64,000 bases of DNA from the IMG/VR virus record IMGVR_UViG_3300044568_004476, positions 7,424 through 71,423 of that record; one strand, 5' to 3'. Positions within the stretch are counted from its first letter, which is position 1; the number at the start of each line of letters is the position of its first letter. The notes beneath the pieces were generated by a model. That model worked only from the letters and a program-made list of their open reading frames with translations. It made no database searches and had not been told where the DNA came from. Origin of the DNA: a virus. A program made the translations under genes and the position numbers. Positions 35,892-45,934 of the stretch are shown here, in pieces.

Positions 35892-37451
35892 ATGGAAAGA
35901 GATTCTATAATTATATCTAGCGTAGCACTAAACAATATGAAGCTGGACGAGCTGGTTCAGACCGACCTTTCTAACGGAGCTAGTGATATCGATTCATTAA
36001 GAGGTTCAGGGGAAACCGCTGAAAAATCTACCGGATTAAACGTGCCTTTTATTTCGATTAATGGATATAACATTTCCCTATATCTTACTAAATTCGACAT
36101 GGATCTTGGCGGATTTATGCCAGTTATTAGATTCTCTTTTGTCGCAGCTGAAAGTATATTTATTTCTGTTAATTATCCTAAAGACGGGGACATGGTTTCT
36201 CTTTATATGAGAGCACCAGGAGACTATTACAAACCCATAAGAATGGATTTTAATATACTCAATGTTGCTAGTGATGTATCGAGTAAATATTCTGAATCGG
36301 GAAGTGACCCTGAAGGAAGGGGTATTAATTTAAGATTTAGCATAGTTGCTGAATGTAGAATACCTGGGCTTTATACAAACAGAATAAAGTCATTCAGCGG
36401 TCTAAATTCACATGATACTCTTCTTGAGGTTTCACAAGATCTGAATTTAGGGTTTTCATCTAATGATAAATCACTAGCTGATAAAATGACTTGGATATGT
36501 CCAAACTATTCTTATTATGATTTCATCCAGGAGGTTTCTGTTAGAGCTTATAAAGATGACGATACTAGCTTTTATGATTGCTGGATAGACCCTTATTATA
36601 ATCTTAATTTTGTTAATCTAGGAACACAATTTGCATTTGATAAAGACCCTAAATCAGAGGCTAGAATTTTACCTGGATATACTGCAGCTGGTACCAAGAT
36701 AGATTCTGGTCTACCCGAGGGAACTGCACCAACTGCTCAAACCGTACCCCTGGTTATAACTAATAGAATGGGCTTTGGTTTAATCCCTTATTTTATAAAT
36801 GGGTATACATTAACTTCTAGAGCTGGTAATAACGTAAATAAGAGTGGCTATATTACTGATATAGGATTCTATAACGAGAACACTGAAAGTAATGACCCTT
36901 CAGAAAAATATGTAAGCTATCCGATAGAATCCATTACAGCTGAGCATGTTGGAACGGGTTCTATTCTACAAAAAGGTAGGGCTAGGGGAAACGAATACAA
37001 AGAAGAAAAAAGAAGAGAATGGCTTGGTGTATTGAATGCACAGGTTTCTGCTAATGATGGTGTACATAAGAATTACCTCCATGCTAAATATCAGAATCTT
37101 ATAAATATAAACGATTGCACAAAACTAACTCTAGAAGTAGAGCTTACTGATTTCTTTCCTGGCATTTATAGGGGTCAGGTTATACCAGTAGGTATTTATG
37201 TTTCAAGCGGAGGCATAAGACAACAGAACACTGGAGAGATTCCTAATATGGAAAATAATACCTCTATGACTCCAACTAAGGATGAGTTTTTATCTGGTAA
37301 TTATGTCGTTGTCTCCATGTCTATATATTGGAGCAGGGGAAGTGCAGGCATGAAGCAGCATTTAATATTAGCTAAAAGAACATGGAAAGCTAACTCCTCT
37401 GGAGCTGCTCCCAAGGCATTCCCTATTTCTATTCTTAAAAGCATGTTTTAA
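35892..37451 (+). CDS. Putative baseplate hub protein (gp27-like)
   Basis: Position between the gp53-like and gp5-like genes; IYRGQVIPV...DEFLSGNYVV C-terminal pattern typical of hub proteins. Confidence 0.55.
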   Translation: MERDSIIISSVALNNMKLDELVQTDLSNGASDIDSLRGSGETAEKSTGLNVPFISINGYNISLYLTKFDMDLGGFMPVIRFSFVAAESIFISVNYPKDGDMVSLYMRAPGDYYKPIRMDFNILNVASDVSSKYSESGSDPEGRGINLRFSIVAECRIPGLYTNRIKSFSGLNSHDTLLEVSQDLNLGFSSNDKSLADKMTWICPNYSYYDFIQEVSVRAYKDDDTSFYDCWIDPYYNLNFVNLGTQFAFDKDPKSEARILPGYTAAGTKIDSGLPEGTAPTAQTVPLVITNRMGFGLIPYFINGYTLTSRAGNNVNKSGYITDIGFYNENTESNDPSEKYVSYPIESITAEHVGTGSILQKGRARGNEYKEEKRREWLGVLNAQVSANDGVHKNYLHAKYQNLININDCTKLTLEVELTDFFPGIYRGQVIPVGIYVSSGGIRQQNTGEIPNMENNTSMTPTKDEFLSGNYVVVSMSIYWSRGSAGMKQHLILAKRTWKANSSGAAPKAFPISILKSMF

Positions 37452-37485
37452 AAAAGAATGATAAATATAAAAATTAAATCTATTA

Positions 37486-39819
37486 ATGTCATTAGGAGCA
37501 ACAGATAAGTTAAGAAGTCTATTTTTAAAAGGCTTTAAGCTATCCAAACAAGGAAAGTACGAGGATCCAACATATCTTGGATTTAAAATAGTGATAGATT
37601 TTGGTACTCTCCCAGTAAGAGATGACGACGGTCTTCCCCCTAGTCCTCTTTTTAAAGAAGAGTCATATATTCCTAGTGGATTTAGTTCATCTAATCCCTT
37701 TGGACAACCCCAGTATTCATTCAGAAGCACACCAAACGGAGCAATCAATTTCTATTCAGCAACATCATATTTGAGAGAAAGAGAATCCGGATTTCCCAGA
37801 GGTGGAAAAAGATCTGATATGCTTATTCAGTTTAAAAACAATCTGACTGATTTGCTTAATAATTACCCCTGGTTTTTTCAAACAATATCTGGATTAGACC
37901 AATTACCACTTGTAGCAAGAAAGGGATTTGCTGTTGAAACCGATGGTGAATTCAGTTCACAGAGAACTGCAGGTAAGGCTTTAGAATTTACCACATTGGA
38001 GTCATTAAATTTGAGAATGACTGCTCTTGCAGATTTATACAACCAGGCAACTTTTGATTATGATAACATGAGAGAATTAGTACCGAGAAATCTTAGAAAA
38101 TTTACTATGTATATTTTCGTTTCTGAGATACGTAATTTTTTCAAGACATCTAGACTCATCGGATCTTCTGCTGCTTTAACAGCGATAGACAATTTAACAT
38201 CCATGCTTGGATCTGGTAACAACCCAGGTACAAACCTAGGAAATGTTGCAGGAGAACAAAATAGCGAATATAACGGAGGATCTTCTAATACAAATCCTGC
38301 TAGTGCTTTTAATTCATTTGTCGGTAATGTTTTAGATAGAGGCGGAGTAGATAATGATTTATCACTTCTTAGAAACCAGCAGGATCAGTCAGGCATAAAG
38401 CCGGTTATTGTTTTTGAATGTAGAAACTGCGAATTTGATTTTAGCGAAAGTACTGCAATACCAAATGAGATTAGTGCAGGTTCAGATACTGCAACTCCAG
38501 TAGCTCAGAGTTTTAGAATCTTAGTAGGTCGGGTTAGGATGAGAACACAATACCCTAACATCAGGCAAGACGGCAAGCCACTAATTCTTGGAGATAGCTG
38601 GGACGGAGCTAGATCATCAGTTCAGAAAACCCCTAATAATCTAGGCAGTGATCTTCTTTCTCTAGGTGGGGAGCTATTAACTAACTTTTTAAGCAATTCA
38701 CTAAATGATCTTATTAATGAAGGTGTTGCAAACTTTATAAAACCTAATGTTGCAGGATTAGACTCATTAGCTCTTGGAAATATCTATAGTTTAAATCCTT
38801 CCCAAATTTTGGGTAATCTATCATTTAATACAGGTCAGCAATTTCTTGATCAGTTAGGTAACGTTAATGCTGGATTTAAGAAAACAGAGCTTCCGAATCC
38901 ACAAACAGCAGGTTTAGGTGGTCCGCCACAAAGGGTCTATAAAAAAACATCGGGAGACGTATACACTAAAGTACCTGGGCAAGATTTAGGGGTTAGTAGC
39001 GTTTCTGGAATTCAAGGTAGAGTTTATCCAGCTCCTGGTGGAGACTCTTACCCGGGTGTACCTGGTAAAGATTTAGGTGTGCCTGGAAGGGTTTACGTTG
39101 AACCTTCAGGCGATGTTTACAATGAAGTACCAGGAAAAGATCTAGGCGTGCCAGGAAGGGTTTATCCAGTTCCCGTTGGCGACGTTTATGCCACAGTACC
39201 TGGACCAGATTTAGGAGCACCTGATAGGGTATATCCAGTTCCCGTTGGCGACGTTTATGCCACAGTACCTGGACCAGATTTAGGAGCACCTGATAGAGTA
39301 TATCCTGACCCAGGTGGTGACGTTTATACCAACGTTCCCGGAACAGATTTAGGAGCACCCGATAGGGTATATACTGCCCCGGGCGGTGACGTTTATACCA
39401 ACGTTCCTGGATCGGATTTAGGAGTCCCGGGAAGAGTATACCCTCAAATATCTGAAGACGTATATCCTTCTAATCAAAATTCTATACCTCTTCCTGAGCA
39501 AAAGGTTTACCCCGATTTAGTAAAACGCGCGGATCAAACAAGCATAGAAGCAGGACCTGTTTATACGCCAACACAGAAGATTTCTTCTAATGGTGAACTT
39601 AGGGATCAAGTAAACTCATTCACAACAAAACCTAATCCAGTTTACCAAAGATCTGAAATGGAAAGTATAAAATCAAGAGGCGATATAGGAAGGGTTTATC
39701 CAAATACAAGTGGGGATTTTATAATTGAAAAACCTTTGGATTTAGGAAATTTAAAACCAAAAGATAAGTATAATATTAGTACAGGCGGGATGAATCCAAG
39801 TCCTGAAAAATTTGAATAA
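37486..39819 (+). CDS. Baseplate/tail structural protein with Pro/Gly-rich 23-aa tandem repeats
   Basis: 777 aa; GATAAATA at 37460; in the baseplate cluster upstream of gp5. Confidence 0.65.
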   Translation: MSLGATDKLRSLFLKGFKLSKQGKYEDPTYLGFKIVIDFGTLPVRDDDGLPPSPLFKEESYIPSGFSSSNPFGQPQYSFRSTPNGAINFYSATSYLRERESGFPRGGKRSDMLIQFKNNLTDLLNNYPWFFQTISGLDQLPLVARKGFAVETDGEFSSQRTAGKALEFTTLESLNLRMTALADLYNQATFDYDNMRELVPRNLRKFTMYIFVSEIRNFFKTSRLIGSSAALTAIDNLTSMLGSGNNPGTNLGNVAGEQNSEYNGGSSNTNPASAFNSFVGNVLDRGGVDNDLSLLRNQQDQSGIKPVIVFECRNCEFDFSESTAIPNEISAGSDTATPVAQSFRILVGRVRMRTQYPNIRQDGKPLILGDSWDGARSSVQKTPNNLGSDLLSLGGELLTNFLSNSLNDLINEGVANFIKPNVAGLDSLALGNIYSLNPSQILGNLSFNTGQQFLDQLGNVNAGFKKTELPNPQTAGLGGPPQRVYKKTSGDVYTKVPGQDLGVSSVSGIQGRVYPAPGGDSYPGVPGKDLGVPGRVYVEPSGDVYNEVPGKDLGVPGRVYPVPVGDVYATVPGPDLGAPDRVYPVPVGDVYATVPGPDLGAPDRVYPDPGGDVYTNVPGTDLGAPDRVYTAPGGDVYTNVPGSDLGVPGRVYPQISEDVYPSNQNSIPLPEQKVYPDLVKRADQTSIEAGPVYTPTQKISSNGELRDQVNSFTTKPNPVYQRSEMESIKSRGDIGRVYPNTSGDFIIEKPLDLGNLKPKDKYNISTGGMNPSPEKFE
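38932..39467 (+). repeat. About 7.5 tandem 69-bp / 23-aa repeats RVYxxPxGDVYxxVPGxDLGxPx
   Basis: Read from the translation; units 39157-39225 and 39226-39294 are nearly identical in DNA. Confidence 0.9.
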
Positions 39820-39821
39820 TT

Positions 39822-40523
39822 ATGCCGAGTGAAAAAACATACCTTGGTAAGGTAGTTGATATTAAAGATCCGCTTTACCAGGGAAGAGCTAAAATAGAAG
39901 TCTTCGGAGTATTTGACGGTCTTCCTTCAGAGGATTTACCGTGGGCTGAGCAGATTGCAGGTTTATCCTTTGGCGGAAATTTCGGCGGGGGTAACATAAC
40001 TATACCTAGACTAGGCTCTGTCGTAGCAGTTCATTTTGAAGATAATAATTATTACAAAATGAATTATCACTATATTAAGGAAATCTCTAAGGATCTTATG
40101 ACAGAACTCAAGGAAGATAATTCATACGAGGGTACACAAGCTTTAATATATGATTCGGAAGCTCAGCCAGGGACCCTTAAGATGATTTATACAAAAAAGA
40201 AAGGTTTGGTATTTCAACTTGGTGATGCAACTATTCAGCTTGATACACAGAACGCAGGAACGAATAAGGAGAAACTACGTATAGTTTTAAAAATGAATGA
40301 TGACGAGATTAGAATGGAAAAACAAGGAATAAAGCAAAAGGTTATAGTAAATTCAAAAAATATAGAGCTTGGCGAAGACGCTATGGAAAAACTAGTTTTG
40401 GGAAATAAATTTCTGCTATTATTTAATTCGCATACACATCCAACAGGGGTAGGTCCTTCTGGAGTACCTGATGTTCCAATGTCAGATCCTCTTCATTTAA
40501 GTCAAGTATCTAAAACTAAATAG
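39822..40523 (+). CDS. gp5: Baseplate central spike, gp5 OB-fold / gpV-like
   Basis: YLGKVVDIKDPLYQGRAKIEVFG...LPWA, IPRLGSVVAVHF, and C-terminal HTHPTGVGPSG (HxH apex). Confidence 0.85.
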   Translation: MPSEKTYLGKVVDIKDPLYQGRAKIEVFGVFDGLPSEDLPWAEQIAGLSFGGNFGGGNITIPRLGSVVAVHFEDNNYYKMNYHYIKEISKDLMTELKEDNSYEGTQALIYDSEAQPGTLKMIYTKKKGLVFQLGDATIQLDTQNAGTNKEKLRIVLKMNDDEIRMEKQGIKQKVIVNSKNIELGEDAMEKLVLGNKFLLLFNSHTHPTGVGPSGVPDVPMSDPLHLSQVSKTK

Positions 40524-40525
40524 CA

Positions 40526-41995
40526 ATGCCAGCAAATTGGTCTACATTTATAGAAAGGGTTAGTAATAAGCTATCTGGACAATCCATTCAGGGTGCATAT
40601 GATCAAGGGGGAAAGAATGTTGATGATTTTGCAACTTTTTTAGCTGACGAATATGTTTCTGCAATATCAAATAAGGCTCAGACCCCATTCGGTAACTTAC
40701 ATCAGAAAGGGAATATAGAATTATTAAAGATTGCTTTTTCGAAAGCTTTTAAACTTCTAGAAGAAGAAAGATTACCTACATTAGACCAGAAATTAAAAGA
40801 TCCTAAATACGGGGATTTAAAAGATCCGATTCCCTCTGTTAATACTGACGCATACCTTGATAAGTTTGATCTTGAGTTTTTAGATTGGGCAGAGTCAAGA
40901 GGAGCAACTATACCTGACTTTACCTATTCGTTATTTTTCCCGCAATTTCCAAATTTTCCGACTACTAGAAGCCAACAGGTTTTAGAGATAGCAAGAAGAA
41001 TAGCCCAAAAATATGACGGGACATCAGATTATATTCAATGGCTATATTTAATAGGATTCGATCCGACATATCCAGACTGGACAAAAGATGTTATTGATAA
41101 ATCTGTAGAGATTATAAAAAGCATAGGAACTAGCAGTAATAAAAAGCTGGAGGATTTTAAGAATTCTCGTAATATTAAAATTTCCAAGGAATTATTTCAG
41201 GAGGAGCACATTAATGATCCGGAGAGAATACCGGATTATATGAAAAAGGATTTCATAACTAAGTTCACATACGATAAAAATTATAATAGTAAATACTTTA
41301 AAAGATTAACTCAAATTTTTGTTTATGATCCCGATATAAATGCTGCTATAGACAACGCATTTAAAGTAAGTAATATATTAACTAATAATAATCTAGATAA
41401 GCTTTTTAGAGGTAATATCGACTCTTTTAATATACCCCAGTTAAATTATCTGGCAAAAGGTTCATCTACTTATAGCGTATATAAAAAAGATATAGAGAAT
41501 TTTTTGTCAGATATAAGTAGGGAAAAGGCTGTAGCATATGACGGGGAGTCAAGAAGATTCGCAGAACTAAAAAAAATATATATCCAAGAATTAGCGGACG
41601 CAGAAAAGAAAGCTTCAGAGAAAGACGATGTTAACGATCCTTATATTGTTATGGCTACTGGGGTTTTAGCTTATTGGGTTTCTACACTACAACAGCCATT
41701 TTCTTCAACCCCGCCAGTTCCGCCCTGTATAATTACTGCTCCTTTAGGTGGTTTCTATATACCGATTTATTACGGAAGTAGAAAAAGACTTGCTGATTAT
41801 CTTAGAAGAGCATTTAATACAGGAAAACTTTTTAAAACAATACCAGAAAGAAAAATTAGTGCCACCGCAGTTGCTAGTGCTCTAGCTTTCTCTTTTGCAG
41901 CCAATATGCTTGAATTTAAGCTAATTTACAATGGGGGTATACCAACTACCAATGGACCAGTTCCTATGATAGGTTTTGTGCCTATAGTTTTTTAA
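40526..41995 (+). CDS. Hypothetical structural protein downstream of gp5
   Basis: 489-aa ORF starting 2 nt after the gp5 stop; Pro-rich C-terminal part. Confidence 0.65.
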   Translation: MPANWSTFIERVSNKLSGQSIQGAYDQGGKNVDDFATFLADEYVSAISNKAQTPFGNLHQKGNIELLKIAFSKAFKLLEEERLPTLDQKLKDPKYGDLKDPIPSVNTDAYLDKFDLEFLDWAESRGATIPDFTYSLFFPQFPNFPTTRSQQVLEIARRIAQKYDGTSDYIQWLYLIGFDPTYPDWTKDVIDKSVEIIKSIGTSSNKKLEDFKNSRNIKISKELFQEEHINDPERIPDYMKKDFITKFTYDKNYNSKYFKRLTQIFVYDPDINAAIDNAFKVSNILTNNNLDKLFRGNIDSFNIPQLNYLAKGSSTYSVYKKDIENFLSDISREKAVAYDGESRRFAELKKIYIQELADAEKKASEKDDVNDPYIVMATGVLAYWVSTLQQPFSSTPPVPPCIITAPLGGFYIPIYYGSRKRLADYLRRAFNTGKLFKTIPERKISATAVASALAFSFAANMLEFKLIYNGGIPTTNGPVPMIGFVPIVF

Positions 41996-42066
41996 AAAAT
42001 TACGGTATTTTAAAGGAACTTAATCTTAGATATATACTAAGATTAATAACTGCTTAAACAAAAAAT

Positions 42067-43257
42067 ATGATTAATTTATCCTTAACTAAAACCCATAACC
42101 CAGAAGATTTTAACTGGGAAATAAAGAATGGCAGAAAGCCAAACACTAAACTAGAAAGGATTCCTAGAGGATCAAAAATTTATTGTCATGAGCCTTACGC
42201 TCAGGAACTTTTAGACGCATATAATAATTATTTTAGTGACATCCCTAAAACTGCAAGTTTATCTAAAGATCTTCAAGAGGGTAACGTTTACCCATGTAAG
42301 ATCGTAAGTGTTACTGAGAAAGAGGCACTAGCACAGACAAGCACAGGACAAACAATTTATATAGATCTTAGAAAGGAAAGAAAAGATGCTGATAAATTAA
42401 AAATAACAGGAGTATATTTCAATACAGGAGATTTATTACAGGCTAAGATTAGAAAAAGCGGAGAAGTATATATAGGATCTGTTGTTGAATACTATATACA
42501 CAGTCTTAGAATCGAATTATTTGAACAAATTAAAAAAGAATCCAGCGCATACAGGGTTAAAATTGAAAGCATTAATAAAGGTGGTTACATTGTAGATCTA
42601 TCTGGGATTAAATGTTTCTTACCTGGATCTTTAGCGGCTGCCAACAGAATTACCGATTTTGAATCCTATATAGGAAAGGAATTACATGTGATGATTGAGG
42701 GGTACATTGAACATAAAGACATATTTATTGTTTCTTACAAAAAATACCTTAATAAAATTATGGAAAGCAAAATTCAAGAATTGGATCTTACTAAGAAATA
42801 TAAAGGGTATGTTACAGGAACAAGCGATTTTGGAGTGTTTGTTGAATGGGAAGAGGTTTACACAGGGCTTATTCATAAAACCGAATTCAGCGAAGATAAT
42901 TCAATTACAGGGGTAAATCCAGGTGATGAGATTGAATTCTACGTTAAAGAAATTAAAGACAACAACAGATTAACTTTAACTCTAGAGAAACCTTTAGAGA
43001 GAAATGTTATAATACATGATCTTGATAAACAGATCAAGGACGGAACATGTGATCCGATCGAGGCAAGAATTAAACACAAGAGAAAGAACGGAATACTTAT
43101 TGATCTTGTAGAATTCGGTCTTATGGCTCTTATCCCTCAGGAAAGAATTGGTAAAAACACCAAAAATCTTAAACCTGGAGATGACCTACTAGTTACGGTT
43201 TACGAAGTTGAACCATCTAGCGGAAAAATTTTCGCAGAACCGGTAAATGACCGATAA
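42067..43257 (+). CDS. rpsA: Ribosomal protein S1-like protein (four S1/OB domains)
   Basis: INKGGYIVDLSGIKCFLPGSL, GYVTGTSDFGVFVE...TGLIHKTE, VNPGDEIEFYV, LKPGDDLLVTV; N-terminal EDFNW. Confidence 0.85.
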   Translation: MINLSLTKTHNPEDFNWEIKNGRKPNTKLERIPRGSKIYCHEPYAQELLDAYNNYFSDIPKTASLSKDLQEGNVYPCKIVSVTEKEALAQTSTGQTIYIDLRKERKDADKLKITGVYFNTGDLLQAKIRKSGEVYIGSVVEYYIHSLRIELFEQIKKESSAYRVKIESINKGGYIVDLSGIKCFLPGSLAAANRITDFESYIGKELHVMIEGYIEHKDIFIVSYKKYLNKIMESKIQELDLTKKYKGYVTGTSDFGVFVEWEEVYTGLIHKTEFSEDNSITGVNPGDEIEFYVKEIKDNNRLTLTLEKPLERNVIIHDLDKQIKDGTCDPIEARIKHKRKNGILIDLVEFGLMALIPQERIGKNTKNLKPGDDLLVTVYEVEPSSGKIFAEPVNDR

Positions 43258-44653
43258 TAGAACACATTTTGATAAGCTTAATGCTCTTAGCTCATCTGTA
43301 ATAGGATTCGAGTTTGAATTTTATACTAATATGCTAAAGGGCAGGGCAGCTGAATCCCTTTCTAAGCTAATCAACAAAAAAGTAGTGGTATCCGAAAGAT
43401 ACCACTCTAATATTATTGTGGATGCCAGCACATGTAAGCTAGAACCTGATTATTCAGGCGGGAGTAAAATGATGGAGTTCATCACTGGACCATTACCTTA
43501 TAACGAAGCTATTACCATATTAATTAAAGTCCTTAATTGGATAGATGAAAATGGGTGGACTACAGATAGATGCGCATTTCAATTTTCTGTTAGCTACGAC
43601 AAGTTCAGAAAAGACGTTAAGGATAAAATAGAAAATTTAGACAAACTTAAATTTATATTAGGCCTTGATGAGAATTTTATTTATTCAAAATTTGGTGATA
43701 GATCTAAAAACGTTTACGCTAAATCTATAAAAAGAGTAGTTCCTAGAAATAGATTTTCTATGGTTGAGAATTTAACTACTATTGACCCTAGAATGTTTAA
43801 AGTTCCTGAGGACAAATACTATGGCGTAAACTTCACGAAAATACCAAAGGGATATTTGGAATTTAGATATCTAGGAAACAGAGATTATCAAAAGAAAACC
43901 AAGGATATAAGAGATATTATAGATTATGTGATTCTTTATCTTTATGACTTGCTTAGTCATAGAATATCAGGTTATTCAAAAGAGGATCTTGCTAAGCTTC
44001 AGAGTATGATGAATCAATATAGCAAGGTTGTTAGATCTTTTAGTGATCCTGATTTCTTCTTTAGAAATTACCCAGATTTTCATATCTTCGTAGATCTTAA
44101 AGGATGGGACGAAAATATAAAGACTTACTGGTCAGTTATAAGAGATAAAATATTTGATATAATTGTTGAAGGTAATGTTTCCTCCGGATATTTTAATTAT
44201 GATAGCACCACAGGTAGATGTCAATTAAAAGACGCTAGAAGTAGAGAAGCTTTAGAACTTAAAGATATAGATCTTATACTTTGTGACATAAAGAATGGTG
44301 TAATTAAAAACTGTAATATCTATAGTTCTAAGATAAAAAAATCCTCAATAGAGGAATGCTATATAGTTAATGATACCACAGTTATATCTTCAAAAATTAA
44401 AGATTGCGTTGTTGATTTCGGTAACGAACTTGAGGATTGCTTTATTGATTGTGAAGGTAAAAGTATTAACTGCAAGATAAAAGATGGGGTTTTAAGAGCT
44501 GGAGAAATTGGAGAAAATGCTGAGGTAAGTAAGGAGACCTTAAAAGTTAAAGGCTGGGAGGATTTCAGAAAAGAAAGATTTGTTACCGACAAGAGATTAA
44601 AGGATCTAAATGATAGATACAATAATCCAAGATTTGGAAACATGAACTTTTAA
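43247..44653 (+). CDS. Putative amidoligase (COOH-NH2 ligase type 2)-like protein, degenerate, with C-terminal beta-helix-like repeats
   Basis: IGFEFEF, LEPDYS, MEFITGPL, TTDRCAFQFSVS (canonical CGxHVH), KYYGVNF, YLEFR; C-terminal IKNC/IEEC/IKDC/LEDC repeats. Confidence 0.65.
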   Translation: MTDNRTHFDKLNALSSSVIGFEFEFYTNMLKGRAAESLSKLINKKVVVSERYHSNIIVDASTCKLEPDYSGGSKMMEFITGPLPYNEAITILIKVLNWIDENGWTTDRCAFQFSVSYDKFRKDVKDKIENLDKLKFILGLDENFIYSKFGDRSKNVYAKSIKRVVPRNRFSMVENLTTIDPRMFKVPEDKYYGVNFTKIPKGYLEFRYLGNRDYQKKTKDIRDIIDYVILYLYDLLSHRISGYSKEDLAKLQSMMNQYSKVVRSFSDPDFFFRNYPDFHIFVDLKGWDENIKTYWSVIRDKIFDIIVEGNVSSGYFNYDSTTGRCQLKDARSREALELKDIDLILCDIKNGVIKNCNIYSSKIKKSSIEECYIVNDTTVISSKIKDCVVDFGNELEDCFIDCEGKSINCKIKDGVLRAGEIGENAEVSKETLKVKGWEDFRKERFVTDKRLKDLNDRYNNPRFGNMNF

Positions 44654-44670
44654 AAAATAACCGCTAAAAG

Positions 44671-45447
44671 ATGACCGAAGAAGAATTAATACAAGAAATA
44701 GAAGACGCACTTTCTTTTAGCTGTGCCCTTCCGTATAATCTAAATCAGCAGGAAACAAAAAGAATAATCAAAAGAGCCAAAGCATGGTTTTTTGATAATT
44801 ATCAATATGCTGTTGAGGATAGAGTTTTTATTTTACAAAATGAAATATTTAGACATCCTGAATTTAGAGCAACCCGACAAATAAAATTACCAGAATCTAT
44901 TATTAGCGTATATGACGTTAGAGAAGTTGGTGGCTCTGGTATATCAGGTAATCCAGATAGGGATTTTAGTGATTCTAAATTACTTGGATCCGAATTATTA
45001 CTTTCTCCTTTTGTTGGGGATAACTTAGTTTACCGTACTGTTATGTACTCATATTTCGATTTAGCTAAAGCATATCTATTAGAGACTTTTGCTTTTAAAT
45101 GGAATAAAAATAGCAAAAAATTAACCATTTCGGGTAGGGATCCGGGTAGATCTGGTAAGGGACAGCTTGCTCAAGGATTTGGGTCTGGCGGTACCGATGT
45201 ATCTGTTAGATGCTTTGTTGCACTAAATGATGATGATCTTTTTGCAGATGAGCTTTTTGTTAGATATTGCATCGCTAAATCTAAAATAGCATTAGCAAAC
45301 ATGCTTTCTGTGTTTACCTATAATTTACCAGGTGGGGTTCAAATAAATGCTTCTGATATCAGAACTACGGGGGAAACTGAATTACAAGAAGTTATGGATA
45401 TGATTAACGGTGAAAATACTCCTAGTTACTTCCTTCAATGGAATTAA
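44671..45447 (+). CDS. Neck / head-tail adaptor protein (gp13-like)
   Basis: IKLPESIISVYDV, FKWNKNSKKL.I, FVRYCIAKSK......L..F..NLPGGVQIN match neck protein motifs. Confidence 0.7.
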   Translation: MTEEELIQEIEDALSFSCALPYNLNQQETKRIIKRAKAWFFDNYQYAVEDRVFILQNEIFRHPEFRATRQIKLPESIISVYDVREVGGSGISGNPDRDFSDSKLLGSELLLSPFVGDNLVYRTVMYSYFDLAKAYLLETFAFKWNKNSKKLTISGRDPGRSGKGQLAQGFGSGGTDVSVRCFVALNDDDLFADELFVRYCIAKSKIALANMLSVFTYNLPGGVQINASDIRTTGETELQEVMDMINGENTPSYFLQWN

Positions 45448-45466
45448 TATAGTGCTTATTATAACG

Positions 45467-45501
45467 AAACCTCTCGCTTTTTTAAAAACGAGAGGTTTTT
45501 T
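45467..45501 (+). terminator. Rho-independent terminator
   Basis: AAACCTCTCG-loop-CGAGAGGTTTTTT. Confidence 0.85.
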
Positions 45502-45553
45502 GTTTACGTTCAGCGTGTTTAAAACCTACGATATATAATGCGAAAGATTTTCT

Positions 45554-45925
45554 ATGAGAGAGATTTATAACAGGGATCCACTAGACCCAAGCTACAACCC
45601 GTTCCAGATCGAAACAACCGATCCGGTAGAAATTTGTATTGGCCAATTAAAAATGATGCTTCTTACTAATAAAGGAGAGGTACTTGGCGACACTAAATTT
45701 GGGCTTAATCTAGAGGAACTAATATTTAGTTTAAATTTATCTGAATCTAGCATAAGAAAAGAGATGGATCTATTTTTAAAAAACTATATACCTCTTTTTA
45801 GCAAACTTGGAGGATCATACGATCTTAAATTTTATGTTGGAACAGAAAGAGACATAGCAACAATAGATTTTAGAATACCAGTAGACGGTGGATTAAGTCC
45901 TCTAGTCACACTAAGAATAACCTAA
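45554..45925 (+). CDS. gp25: Baseplate wedge subunit gp25-like
   Basis: QLKMMLLTNKGEVLGDTKFGLNLEELIF (T..GE......FG pattern). Confidence 0.8.
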   Translation: MREIYNRDPLDPSYNPFQIETTDPVEICIGQLKMMLLTNKGEVLGDTKFGLNLEELIFSLNLSESSIRKEMDLFLKNYIPLFSKLGGSYDLKFYVGTERDIATIDFRIPVDGGLSPLVTLRIT

Positions 45926-45934
45926 TATATAGAA

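Noticed and set aside
39157-39294. 69-bp direct repeat as CRISPR, attachment site or DGR template/variable repeat
   Set aside because: In-frame tandem coding duplication; no adenine-specific mismatches and no reverse transcriptase in the window.
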